The notes under the pieces are model-generated. The model was not told the DNA's origin. It searched no databases and saw only the letters and a program-made list of their open reading frames with translations. A stretch of 64,000 bases of DNA from assembly GCA_951406725.2 (NCBI GenBank), contig OX597818.1, positions 95,852,001 through 95,916,000 on the forward strand. Reading direction: 5' to 3'. The DNA is from Octopus vulgaris. Taxonomy: Eukaryota. The first letter of the stretch is position 1. Every line of letters begins with the position of its first letter. This document shows positions 1 through 12,866 of the stretch, one piece after another. Made by a program: the position numbers and the translations under genes.

Positions 1-1
1 T

Positions 2-45
<44 letters not shown>

Positions 46-545
46 TTTCTTATACAAATGTGTGTGTGTATAAATATGTGAATGTATGTATGACTGCATT
101 TGGTAGAGAGCAGAAGTGTACTGCACACATGCACACACACACACACACACACACAAAATGTGTATAGGTGTGTGTTCATGTCTGATTCAACATCACAAGT
201 TAAAAAAAAATGATGTGGTGTCAAAAAGGTAATTTAGTCATTTGATAAAAATATAGATCAATAAAATAAGCACGAGACTGAAACAAATACTGGGATTGGT
301 ATGAGCAACTAATTTCTTGAAGGTGGTACTCCAGCATAGTCACAGCGCAATGATTAAATGATTGAAATCAGCAAAAGAATAAAAGAAGATATCTATGTAT
401 CTATCTATGTATCTATCTATGTATGTATCTATCTACACACACACACACACATATATATATAAAAAATATATATATATATATATATATATATGCATACACC
501 TATATATATATGTACATACATGTGTATATGAATGTGTATGTGTGT

Positions 546-577
<32 letters not shown>

Positions 578-584
578 ATTTGCT

Positions 585-740
585 TGTGTGGCTATGTGGC
601 TAAGAAGCTTACTTCTCAACCATGCGGTCTTAGATTTAGTCCCACTGCATGGCACTGTGGGTAAGTGTTTTCTACTATAGCCTTGGGTCAATGAAAGCCT
701 TATGAGTTGATTTCATTAATGAAAATTGAAAGATGCAAGT

Positions 741-745
<5 letters not shown>
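585..745 (+). mobile_element. Degenerate tRNA-derived SINE, 5' part
   Basis: GTGGCTATGTGGCTAAGAAG...TTTAGTCCCACTGCATGGCAC...GGGTAAGTG matches the head of the intact copy at 17805-18198 and other copies in the window. Confidence 0.7.
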
Positions 746-799
<54 letters not shown>

Positions 800-1153
800 G
801 TATATATGTGTTTGTGTTTGTTCGTACTTTTATCTAGACACCACGTGATTGTTGTAAATGAGCATCATTTATCATGATGATGATGAGGATGATCATCATC
901 ATCATCAACATCATACAAATGATGTTTCTTTCCAGTTTTCTGTTGTAAATATGCCCAACTATGAAGAATCATTATCTTGCTTGGAAACAAGTGAGGGTTG
1001 GTAACGGGAAGGGCATCTGATTGTAGAATATCTGCTTTAGCAAATTCTTTCTGACCTATGCAAGCATCAAAAAGTGGATTTTAACTGATGTTGTTGCTGA
1101 TGATGATGATAATAATGATGATAGTGATGACAGACACCCTGCCACACACACAA

Positions 1154-1195
<42 letters not shown>

Positions 1196-1542
1196 AGCAC
1201 ATTACATAAAAATTTGACATTTTACTCAGTTTCACCTTAGGCTAGGCTGTCCATGTTTGTTGAGCACATCAAGGGATTTGCAATTTTTATGAGCTTAGGT
1301 GGATGCTAGTTGTCTTTCGGTGGCTAGGATTATCAGTATCTTTATCTTTAATACTAGTTTAAACATGTAGGGACAATATTTGAATTCATTGCTAAAAATG
1401 TATGTGTGGTAGAGACACTCCCACTATCTTAGGATTTAACTGAATTTTTTTTTAAATGTCGGTTAAAATTTTAGGATTGATTTTTGCTCTGGTGTAAATT
1501 CAGGGTGGTTGATTCAGTTGAAGGAACAAAGAAATGTAGATG

Positions 1543-1574
<32 letters not shown>

Positions 1575-2485
1575 CCATCATCACCATCATCACCACCACC
1601 AGCACCAGCACCACCACCACCACCAGATTCAGTCATGTTGCAGATCTGCATGGTTGAAGCATAGGTGACAGGTGAAAGTTGTAACTTACTGTGAACTTCC
1701 AGCTGGTTAAGTCTGCACATATCATGATCCCTCAATTGCCTTCAGATTTCCAGTAGGTGGAATGACCAGTGAGGTCACCATAAAGATACATCTGTGCACC
1801 ATTGGATTATTGTGATAAATACTTGTAGAATATGTGTAACACTCTCTGCATCTCCATGATTAGTAACTAGTGACAGGCTGAAGCAAGATGAGTTTAACCT
1901 GCATCCAGTAGTGGGGCTCTAGTTTGGGAGTTCCAGGGTCTTGAGAAGTATAGAACCATCTCTTATTCGTTATTGCTTCCAGGTCCACTCTAACCTGGAG
2001 TATTAGTAGTACCTGTCAGAATTCCAGCTATGGATTAACTAGAATATATAATGACTATCTGAGCTTAGTGATGCAGAAATACCCTTGGTTTGTGTCAAGG
2101 CACATGAGAAAATCATCATGAAGGAGGGACCCCTAACTGTTGTCACAGCATTCTTTTAGGGATGCTCTGATGTAAAACACACACACACACATATATACAC
2201 ACATATTTATAAGTACATACATATATATGTGTGTATGTGTGTATACATATACATTCATACAGCTTTTCTATCCCCAAATTTTGAATTCACATTTACGCCA
2301 GCAGTAATTGGTGCATTTGATTTTGTTGGTAAATGCATAAGCCAGGATTTCTAGAAAAAGAACTCAACTCATGTAGAATGCAATCTGTTAGTGGAACAGT
2401 ATCTATATCCAAGATTTTTTTCAAGTTCAATATGTGACGTTTTTGTTATATATATTCCAATGTTGGAGTTGTGTATCTATATCTA

Positions 2486-3775
2486 CGAGGGGCGTTCAAT
2501 AAGTAATGCCCCTGACTCACTTCTCATAGCAGTAGAGCAACGAAACTTGGCACAGTTATTAGTCTTTTTCTACATAGGAACCACCCAGAGTTACACATTT
2601 CTCCCATCGTTTGATGCAGCTCCGGAGACCATTTTTGTAGAGGACCCCAGCTTGGTCCTCCAACCACGACGTGACTTCAGAAATCAAGGCTGTATCATCT
2701 GGGAAACGCTTTCCTTTCAAAAACAACCTCATGGCTGGGAAGAGGTGAAAATCAGAGAGTGCAAGGTCAGGAGAGTTGGGGGATGGGGGAGGAGTTCATA
2801 GCCGCACGCCTGTGCTTCTGATCTGGCAACACGTGAGTTGTGGACTGGAGCGTTGTCCTGCAGGAGGAGGATGCCTTTGCTGATCTTGCCCCACCTCTTG
2901 ATTTTGATAGCTTCTCTTAATTTCCTCAAAAGTGAAGCATAATAGGCTCCTGTAATTGTGGAACCCTTTGCCAGGAAACCTGTCATCACTATTCCGTCCT
3001 GGTCCCAGAAGACTGTGAGCATGACCTTATCAGCGGAGGGCTGCACCCTTGCCTTCTTTGGAGGAGGTGAGTCATGGTGCTTTCGCTGCATTGACTGGGC
3101 TTTGGTCTCTAGATCATAGTGATGGACCCAGGTTTCATGCTGGGTAATCAGTCTTTTGAAAAATTTTGACTCATCTTCTTGGCACATCTCCAAATTCATC
3201 CTTGAGCACTCAACGCGTTCTTGCTTCTGGAAAGGTGTGAGCAACTTGGGAATCCATCTGGCAGACACCTTTTGCATATGCAAATGGTCATGAATGATAG
3301 TTTCCACAGACCCGGTACTAATCTTGACCTCATAGGCTATTTGGCGAATAGTTATGCGTCGATCTTCCAAAATGGCAGCCTCAACTTGACGGACAGATGC
3401 CTCATCAATGGCAGAAAGGGGGCAACCAGATCTGGGAGCTGTTTCCAGAGTTCCGACCATGTTTGAATTCACGATGCCAGCGTTTTACAAGGTCATATGA
3501 TGGGGCATCATTACCATAAGTTACTTTCATTTCATCAAAAGTCTCCCGTGGTGTGCGTCCTTTCAAATACAAAAACCGGATCACTGCTCGACACTCAACA
3601 GGCTCCATTTCACACTTGACTCAGTTCAAACACCTGTAAATCAGAAACCACAATTAGTTCAGAGCTGTAATTTGCCACTTAATCTATAGAGATAGAAATG
3701 ATTTCACATGCAAAATTTCAGCTAGATCAAACAACTGCAAGTGGGTCAGAGGCATTACTTATTGATCGTCCCTCG
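2486..3775 (-). mobile_element. Full-length (1290 bp) mariner transposon, irritans-like TIR, frameshifted transposase
   Basis: TA at 2484-85 and 3776-77. TIR CGAGGGGCGTTCAATAAGTAATGCC at both ends with a few mismatches. Transposase is split over ORFs 3405-3608 (HTH N-terminus) and 2729-3472 (WIPKLL, HETW for DETW, QDNAP). Confidence 0.95.
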
Positions 3776-3830
3776 TATGTTAGAAACTAGTCTCTTCTTT
3801 ACAGGAAAACTTTAAACAATTAAAGATAGA

Positions 3831-3869
<39 letters not shown>

Positions 3870-4319
3870 ATGTTCATAGATACAAACATACATATGTATA
3901 TGCACACTTACATACATATGTATTATATTCACCAATCCATCTATCCATCTGTCCATCTATTCATCCATTCATCCATCTATCCAAACAACCCCCATACACA
4001 TACATACATACATATATACATACATACATATGTGCATGTATACAGATGAATATATAGATATGTTTATGTGTGTATATATTATCATTTTTTATGGTATCAT
4101 AGATTGAACATGTGTGCACTGCAGTCACTGATCTTAACCCTGTATCATTTCATCTGTGAATCCCAAGATCGGGAGTCTGATCCAATCATTTTCTCAAAAG
4201 TACTGTCCATATGATTTTTAAAAAAAATAGAATTTAAGTATAAAAATGTGGTGCCCTCTTTCAGAAAGCCAAATCATTTTTATTTTGGTGTCAAGGAGTG
4301 TGTTGTTGATATCTTTTAT

Positions 4320-4492
4320 CTTTTGGTGCACCACCTTGAAAGGTTTTAGTTAAACAAATTGATCCCAGTGCTTTTTAAAGCTTGATACTTATTCTATTGA
4401 TCTCTTTTATCAAACCATTGAGAGGGCATGAACAAACCAACAACAATTGTCAAGTGGTGGTGGGCACAAACACAAAGACAGACAGACAGACA

Positions 4493-4545
<53 letters not shown>

Positions 4546-4682
4546 GACTTCTTTTAGTTTCCATCTACAAAATCTATTCACAAGGCTTTGGTTAGTCTGA
4601 TGCTTTAGTAGAAGACGCCATACGATGGGATTGACCCAAGAACCATGTGGTTGAAAAGCAAACTTCTTACCATACAGCCCAG
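4320..4682 (-). mobile_element. Degenerate tRNA-derived SINE with internal (CA)n
   Basis: Collinear similarity to the SINE at 17805-18198. Confidence 0.7.
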
Positions 4683-5886
4683 TATGTATCTGGTATTTTT
4701 ATTTAGTCAATATCAGGTGAATAGATGTGGAAGAAAACTTCAACAGGCTTTGTAATTGAAACTGTCATACAACAAATTTGCCATGAAATAATTAAATCAT
4801 CACTAAATTTCTTGTATATCTCACTTCTGAGACACTTATCCAAACCCTAACTTCCTAAAAGAAAAATATAGATTTAAAAGTGATGATGATAATGATGATG
4901 ATGATGATGATGATGAGGAGGACGACGACGATGACGATGAGGTGGAGGGAGAAGCAATCAAAAGGGAGGAACAGATCAAGGAGTTGAGAAGGAGGAAAAG
5001 GCTGAGGAGGAAGAGGTCAAAGAGGAGGGGGAAAGAGAAGAATGAGGAAAAGGAGAAGAACAAGGGTCGTGATGATGATGAGGAGGAGCAGAAGGATGAT
5101 GATAATGAGGAGGAATAGAAAAAAAAGATGGAGAAGAATGATGATAATGATGATGCTTTCAACAATTCATTTTTTGAAGTGTTTCCCCATTTCAGTAACT
5201 GGCCAGTGACAATATCAACTAATTACAGCAATGTGATAGATATTTTAAATAAGATATCACCATTAACAGTAAATATTGATCACTAATATAGATAGAAGGC
5301 CATAAAATTGTGGGGAACAATTAGTACTTGACTGGTGTTTATTTTATTTTATCTATTCAGGAAGTATTAAAATTAATGTTGACTTTGAGGGATCTGAACT
5401 CAGAATGTAAACAGCAGTAATTAAGTACTACAAGGCCTTTTGTAAATACTCTAATGATGTAGCAAATCCACTGATCTACCATTAAATATCTATATTTAAT
5501 GACAAAACAGTATTTAAGAAAAAATAAACATTAATGATATGAGATCCTGAAGTTGACCTGTAGGAAACGAAAAGTTCAGTTTTTGTGTTTTGGGAGATCA
5601 GATGACTTGGCTGCAATTGATTCATTGAAATGTTTGGCATTGTCTGGCACTGGCTTTTATCCAGAGACTAGAATTGTGCTTACTACATGCACACATGGAT
5701 GATAGAATGAAGGAATGCTATGATAATAAGATCGGTTGATAGTAAGGTAGATGGTAAGGTGGTCAGATGGCAAGGAATTTCTTTATTGATTTATTAAAGT
5801 ATGTTTCTGCCAAACTTCAAAATTATTCCAACTGACAGGCATTGTTATATATATATTATATATATTATGTATATACATATATAATG

Positions 5887-5939
<53 letters not shown>

Positions 5940-6004
5940 ATATATGTATATATATGTATATATGTATGTATATATATATGTATGTATATGTATGTATATA
6001 TATA

Positions 6005-6048
<44 letters not shown>

Positions 6049-6139
6049 TACATATATGCATATATATGCATATATATATGTATATATATATATGTGTGTA
6101 TGAATATATATATGTACACACACACACACACACACACAC

Positions 6140-6185
<46 letters not shown>

Positions 6186-6826
6186 GTACACATGTACACA
6201 TGTATGGAGAAAGAGTGAGAGAGAAAGAGAGTGAGGGAGAGAGAGTAAGAAGATAGATATGTGTTTAGGCACAGGCATTACTTGTGTGGTTAAGAAGTTT
6301 GCTTCCTAACCAATGGTTTAGGTTCAGATGCAGTGGAAGGCATCTGGGAAATGGGAAGTGTCTTTAATGATAGCCTTCAGCCAACCAAAGCCTTGTGGGT
6401 GGATGTAGAAAATGGGAACATATGTGTGTGTGTGTGTATGTGTGTGTGTGTGTGCATGTGTGTGTGTGTGTGTGTATGTACACACACATACATATCTGTA
6501 TGTGTATATACCTATCTATATCTATATCTGTATCTATCTATATATATATAGGCATATATACATATGTGTATATATATATGTCCTCATCTCTAATTTCACT
6601 GTAGGTCCTAGTGTAGGTCTAGTGCTTCATATAAAAGCTCCTCTGGTATAGACAAGTAAAATTGGGTGAACCTTGCTCTACCCCTTTTGCTATTGGATTC
6701 AAACTATGTTATGACCTTGCTCAATATTTTTATTGATTTTTCTGATCACCTGTTTGCTCATCAGGCTGGTCTTAGGCTTCACAGGGCTGATAAGGCAGTA
6801 TTTGGAGTTAAAAGCAAAGGAAGACA

Positions 6827-7210
6827 ATGGATTTCCTTGATGTGACAGTGGACTTGGAATCCAGTGTCTATAAGCCTTGTTGTAATCTACACAAGTGGCT
6901 GATATATATTAATACAGATTTCGGTCACCCAGCCAAAGTGTTTAGGAATCTGCTCTAATGGGCAACCAAACATGCAGAAATATGTGAGTAATAATGGAAG
7001 ATCCCTTTAGAATCAGATTCAGAAACCAAATGTCCTCCTTCAATATCCCAGAGAGACAAAATGCCACAGCCCTGGCCAGGCGCATATGGTTGTTTAAAGA
7101 AAGCACTATGGAGTATAGCAGAAGTGGAAAATTGTAGCCAAGTGCAAGGCTTATTTTAATGGTAGTAGGAAGTGATGGTTATGCTTAGCCAAGAAAAGAA
7201 TCATGTTAAA
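6827..7210 (+). pseudogene. Decayed, internally deleted Penelope-like (Naiad-type) RT/GIY-YIG remnant
   Basis: Hand translation gives MDFLDVTVDLESSVYKP...YINTDFGHPAKVFRNL, TALARRIW and KWKIVAKCKAYFNGSRK*WLC. These align to VNFLDISLDLNKNMYKP...YINVGSCHPPIVFKNL, TQLSNHIW and WKILARCKPYTNGSGRCGLC of the element at 19929-22008. Confidence 0.8.
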
Positions 7211-7905
7211 GAGCTCTCAATACCCAAATATCTATCTAAACTACAAAGGTGAAATTTTTAACCCTTGCCCACATGAACCAAGGTATGTTTTATCCTACCT
7301 TTGAGCCCTATTATGACCCTCACCAGTTATCTGCCCTTTGGCTCTTTCACCAACATATCTTGAGAAACCAGCAGACTTTAACCAAAGCATACATAGACAA
7401 ACACACAGACACATATGCGCCCTAATATGGGCTTAAGCATTTGGGCATCCATCCATAATTCCCATCCCCACCCCCTCAAAATAGCCTAGCATATAATACC
7501 CTTACACACATTCCAACCCTACGCAGATACCCATACATAACCTCTAGATACATTTTCAGAAAACTCTAGTATACTTACCTCTCAGAAACCTTTGGGGGCC
7601 AAGGGACATTACTCTTAATGGAACCCATGTTCAGTTTATTTCATCTTTTTCACAGCATCCACAAACTGGATGTGGTTCCTTCCCCTCCAGTAACAGAGAG
7701 CAGTTGCCACTTATTTTTTTGCATATATGCCATCTCTGACAAGCATGTAGTGTTATGTAACCATGCTGTTATCTAACATCTAGTTTAATACCCAGTGTGA
7801 AACCAGTTGGTAAGATTCACCATAACAGTTATACAATACTGCATCCACTCTTTTAACAAATATACGAGTGCATATTTTTTCTGACCTATGTATTCCCAAA
7901 TGATT

Positions 7906-7953
<48 letters not shown>

Positions 7954-8328
7954 CTAGCACTATGACCCGGCAACGCCAGGTCATAGTGCTAGTGCATGCA
8001 TATACAGCTGCATGCGTGTGCACATACAAGCGAGCACTGTCCAAATCTCCAACCAATCACATAGAGCTAGCTGGCATTCAATTGGTGTATCAAGTTTCAG
8101 GCATTTTGATTGGGTTTTGGATAGAAAATTCACAAAAAGTCACTTCTATTGATTTTTTAATGGCTTTGCAGGGTGACTGGGGAAACGTAAAGATGTGCAC
8201 GACCACCCTTGGACGGTTTTGAAAGACCATAGAAAGTGCGAGCCCTCTAACTGAAAAATTGTGGATTTTTATAAAGGACACGCACACACAGAGACAGACA
8301 GACATTTTGCCGTTTATATAGAGAGAGA
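7954..8328 (-). mobile_element. Non-autonomous Helitron (375 bp)
   Basis: The minus strand starts A|TCTCTCTCTATATAAAC and ends with a hairpin plus CTAG|T. It sits in an AT dinucleotide with no TSD. Confidence 0.8.
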
Positions 8329-8392
8329 TATATATGTTTATGTGTGACATTTAGTGACATTTGTAATTCTCCTTTTTGGTGAAACAGTTTTA

Positions 8393-8609
8393 TGAGGGTT
8401 TGCTGAAAAGTTCCCGGCTTTGGGTAAAAGGATATACAGGAGGATCAGTTAGTTATGATTTTATTCAACATATGCCCCTCTCAGATTCACACACTTATTG
8501 CAGTGGTCCTTCGGTTTTTCTAAGCCTGGTATAAGAACTTTGAAAGTTGGGCCTCCAACCAGGCCTTTTGTGATACCCTTAAAGCCAGGAACTTTACAGC
8601 AACCCCTTG
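8393..8609 (-). mobile_element. Mariner-derived MITE (217 bp)
   Basis: TA flanks and ~29-bp TIRs (TGAGGGTTTGCTGAAAAGTTCCCGGCTTT / AAAGCCAGGAACTTTACAGCAACCCCTTG). It retains the transposase C-terminus KCVNLRGAYVE*. A second copy is at 57698-57896. Confidence 0.85.
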
Positions 8610-8902
8610 TATGTGTGTGCGTGTGTGTGTGTGTGTGTGTGCGCATGTGTGTGTGTGTGTAACTGCAATTAATCTGCCAGAGAGGAAAAATTTGATAATT
8701 AATATGTATGAAAAATTATCTTACACACTGTTAAACATAGGATTTAATAAAATTTCTATAAAAAGCATTTTAGAACTAGACTTAAAATAGCAAGACTAAT
8801 ACTCAAGCATATTTGTGTATTCAATAATACATTTAAATGGAAAATTTTTCCCTACATACACACCTGCATGTACATCCTCAAACATATCTATGTATGCATG
8901 TA

Positions 8903-8951
<49 letters not shown>

Positions 8952-9144
8952 ATATATATGTTGATTGATTGATTGATTGACTCATTGATGGATTGATTGA
9001 TCGAGTCATTGTCCAGGTGATCAAGGGTGGTTTGTGTCTCCATGGCGTCTTAGATTTTAATTAAATATTTCTGTCTGGAAACATCATACTGCTAAATTAA
9101 TCAAGGCACTGCTAGGCTAGAAGTAAGAAGAGAAAAGGAAATTA

Positions 9145-9192
<48 letters not shown>

Positions 9193-9849
9193 ATGCTTGC
9201 ATACACACTCACACAAGCACACACACACACATACACCTATTGAAATGGATTGTATGTTCATTGCAAGCCATTTTTGTTGAAGCATGTGATGAAATAAATA
9301 AACTTTTAAATATATAGGCTGACAAACAAACAGACAAACAGACAAACATATGTACCCTCACCCATCAAACATGCAATCACACATACCTTTCCATACACAC
9401 ATGCACACACTCATACAGACACATCCACATGCACTTTCATACTCGTATGCATGCATACAGATTGACAGCAGAGAGTTGGATCAAATTTGAATGAAGAACT
9501 GAATTTTTTAGGTAAGAGTGACTGATATCAAGTTTATCTATTCATGGACCTTACTTTTTATAGCAGCATGGATATGGCTATATGGTTAGTTCACTTCACA
9601 ACCACATCATCCTAGGGTGATGGTACTTTAGGTAAGTGCCTTCTACCATAGCCTTGGTTTGATGAATACCTAATAAATGGAATTTGATTGATGGAAATTA
9701 TATGGAAGGTCATTGCATGTGTGTGTGTGTGTAATCATCATCATCATCAACATCACGACCACCACTACGACGATGACCACCACCACCACTGCTGCCACTG
9801 CCACCACCACCACCGCTGCCGCCACCACCACCACCACCTCCACCTCCAC

Positions 9850-10205
9850 CATCATCATCATCATTAAATATGTTTTCTATGATGGCATGGGTTGGATGGT
9901 TTGACAAGAGCTAGCAAGCTGGAGAGCCTTACCAGGTCCCAATTGTCTGTTTTGTCATAGTTTCTACTTCTGGATGCCCTTCCTAGCACCAAACACTTTA
10001 CAGAATGTATTGAGTGCGTCCTATATGGCACCAGCACAAGTGCTTTTTACATAGCACCAGTATGGGTATTTTCTACATGGTACCAGCATGGGTGCTTTTT
10101 ATGTGGCACCAGCACAGGTTTTGTTTTATTTTGGCACCAGCATGGCTGCTTTTTATGTAGCACCAGCTCAGGTGATTTTTATTTGGCACCAGCACAAGTA
10201 CCAGT
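9850..10205 (-). mobile_element. RTE-type 3' tail fragment with expanded ~25-bp tandem unit
   Basis: (CAT)n followed by GGCATGGGTTGGA...GGATGCCCTTCCTA, as in the LINE tail at 51063. About 7 copies of TTTTATGTGGCACCAGCAY occur at 10015-10200. Confidence 0.7.
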
Positions 10206-11568
10206 GGAGTTGCCAACCTAAGTTTCATTATCACCTGTCTCAATTACATTGTTCAGTTGTCTGTCACATTTTTGTCATTGTCAACTTTAATTTCATCATC
10301 AACAATGTTTTTTATTATCAACATATATTGACATCAATGATTACTTGTCTAGAATTGTAAAAGAATGTAAACATTAAAATGTTTTACAAAGGATTACAAG
10401 TTTTGCATAATATAAATTGTTGCATCTTATATTACTGTAAACATACAAACATTTAGAACCTTACTTGTAAAATTATACATTATATTATATAAACATGACA
10501 AAAACAAAAATAAATAACATGAGTTTAAGTTTCTATTCATTATTTCCATTTCTTAATGCTTATCATATTCCTAAAAATATCCAGCACAATCATCATTATC
10601 ATTATTATCCTCACCAATGTCACCGTCATCGTTATCGTCATCATTACCATCACCATCATCATCATTGACATCCTCCTCCTCCTCCTCCTCCTCCTCATCA
10701 TCATCATCATTTAACAGCCTCCTTCCATGCTGGCATGGGTCAATCACCCCATAATCAGTCAACCCATAATCAGTCACCCTGTAATCAGTCACCCTGGTGT
10801 CGATCAATATATTCACCTCATCACTATTCCTTGGTTCACATTTTGTTACATAATTCTTCCACTTACTAAACATTTTCAGTGAGGTTATCCTGAGTTGTTT
10901 ATAGGAGTAAGAATTGCATATCGTGGTATCTTGATGTAATTAACTGATAAAAACCCTGGTTGTATGAAAAGGAAGATTATCCCAAATCAGTATACAATTC
11001 TCCATTTTTCAGTGATCCATTTAAGAAATGTATCAATAAAATCATAAAAGCTTAAGGAATTCAAGGCATCAGTTCTCGTGTATAGTTGATTTCTACAATT
11101 TTGTCCATGGCACAACGTATATTCAGCCTATTTCAGGAACACAATCCAGATCTCAAGCAAATGTTGAACTCAAATTCATCTATAAAAAAGTTTCCTCACA
11201 GACTTTTCTGTCAAAAGATCTTGAATTTCTTTGGTATAACTTATTCTTCATGTAATGTTTTCTAAAGACAAAGCTCATTTAGAAATCACTTTACATCTCT
11301 TGAATGAGCAGTGGACTTTTAAGGCATTTATCAACACTTATCAACACTTGCTCAAAAACTATGTTGGACAGTATTTTTTGTGAAATGAAGTTTTTGATTT
11401 CTTTTGAAATTTTTCTGTTTTGAAAATTGCCTTGATTCTTTTATTAGACACAACCTTCTTGTTTATAGTTAAATAAAAGTTTGAAAACATGCATACGAGG
11501 GGCGTTCAATAAGTAATGCCCCTGACCCACTTCCCATAGCAGTAGAGCAACGAAACTTGGCACAGTTA

Positions 11569-12381
11569 TTAGTCTTTTTCTACATAGGAACCACCCAGAG
11601 TTACGCATTTCTCCCATTGTTTGATGCGGCTCTGGAGACCGTTTTTGTAGAAGAACCCAGCTTGGTCCTCCAACCTCAACGTGACTTCAGAAATCAAGGC
11701 TGCATCATCTGGGAAACGCTTTCCTTTCAAAAACAACTTCATGATTGGGAAGAAGGGAAAATCAGAGGGTGCAAGGTCAGGAAAGTAGGGGGGGATGGGG
11801 AGGAGTTCATAGCCATACGCCTGTGCTTCTGATCTGGCGACAAGCGAGTTGTGGACTGGAGCGTTGTCCTGCAGGAGGAGGATGCCTTTGCTGATCTTGC
11901 CCCACCTCTTGATTTTGATAGATTCTCTTAATTTCCTCAAAAGTGAAGCATAATAGGCTCCTGTAATTGTGGTACCCTTTTCCAGGAAATCTGTCATCAC
12001 TACTCCGTCCTGGTCCCAGAAGATTGTGAGCATGACCTTGCCAGCGGAGGGCTGCACCCTTGCCTTCTTTGGAGGAGGTGAGTCACGGTGCTTCCACTGC
12101 ATTGACTGGGCTTTGGTCTCTGGATCATAGTGATGGACCCAGGTTTCATCCTGTGTAATCAGTCTTTTGAAAAATTTTGACTCATCTTCTTGGCACATCT
12201 CCAAATTCATCCTCGAGCACTCGACGCGTTCTTGCTTCTGGAAAGGCATGAGCAACCTGGGAATCCATCTGGCAAACACCTTTTGCATATGCAAATGGTC
12301 ATGAATGATAGTTTCCACAGATCCGGTACTAATCTTGACCTCATGGGCTATTTGGTGAATAATTATGCGTCGATCTTCCAA
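11569..12381 (-). pseudogene. Mariner transposase catalytic region (DD34D), N-terminus frameshifted and truncated
   Basis: WIPRLL, TQDETW, QDNAP and YFPDLAPSDF motifs, with 34 residues between the second and third Asp. Confidence 0.9.
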
Positions 12382-12611
12382 AATGGCAGCCTCAACTTGA
12401 CGGACAGATGCCTCATCAATGGCAGAAGGGGGTGACCAGATCTGGGAGCTGTTTCCACAGAGTTCCGACCATGTTTAAATTCACGATGCCAGCGTTTTAC
12501 AAGGTCATATGATGGGGCATCATCACCATAAGTTACTTTCATTTCATCAGGATGTAGCCTGGAGGGTTTTTTCGTATTAATCATTTGGACTTTGTGAACA
12601 CATACCAATTA

Positions 12612-12866
12612 TCTATATATATAAAGCTGAAGTTGTCTGTGTATGGCAGGTTTGGTAGCCTTCAACTAACACTATCTCCTCCGAGACCCTACGGCACAAG
12701 TTGACCAAAATTGAGAGTATGATAGAAGAAGGCTTGCTCTTCCTTCCATAGAAGAAAAATTCAAATCGGACCATGTTAACACCAAAAATTATTTACATCA
12801 ATAAGGTGCTTTTTTTCTATGAAAATCCCTATTTTTTTACGATTTTTTGACTGTCGCCATTTTTCG
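12612..12866 (+). mobile_element. 5' fragment of a non-autonomous Helitron inside the mariner
   Basis: Starts A|TCTATATATATAAAGCTGAAGTTGTCTGTGT, a typical Helitron 5' end similar in layout to the element at 7954-8328. No 3' hairpin or CTRR is present. Confidence 0.6.

Noticed and set aside
2391-2801. Plus-strand ORFs overlapping the mariners and LINEs (also 11557, 20586, 51985 and 52728)
   Set aside because: They are antisense shadows of transposase or RT frames.
9469-9511. Candidate upstream 5' exon ending AG|GTAAGA
   Set aside because: Poor acceptor, and nothing links it to the gene at 41963.
10015-10200. Regularly spaced ~25-bp repeats resembling a CRISPR array
   Set aside because: There are no unique spacers, the context is eukaryotic, and the unit derives from the RTE 3' tail.
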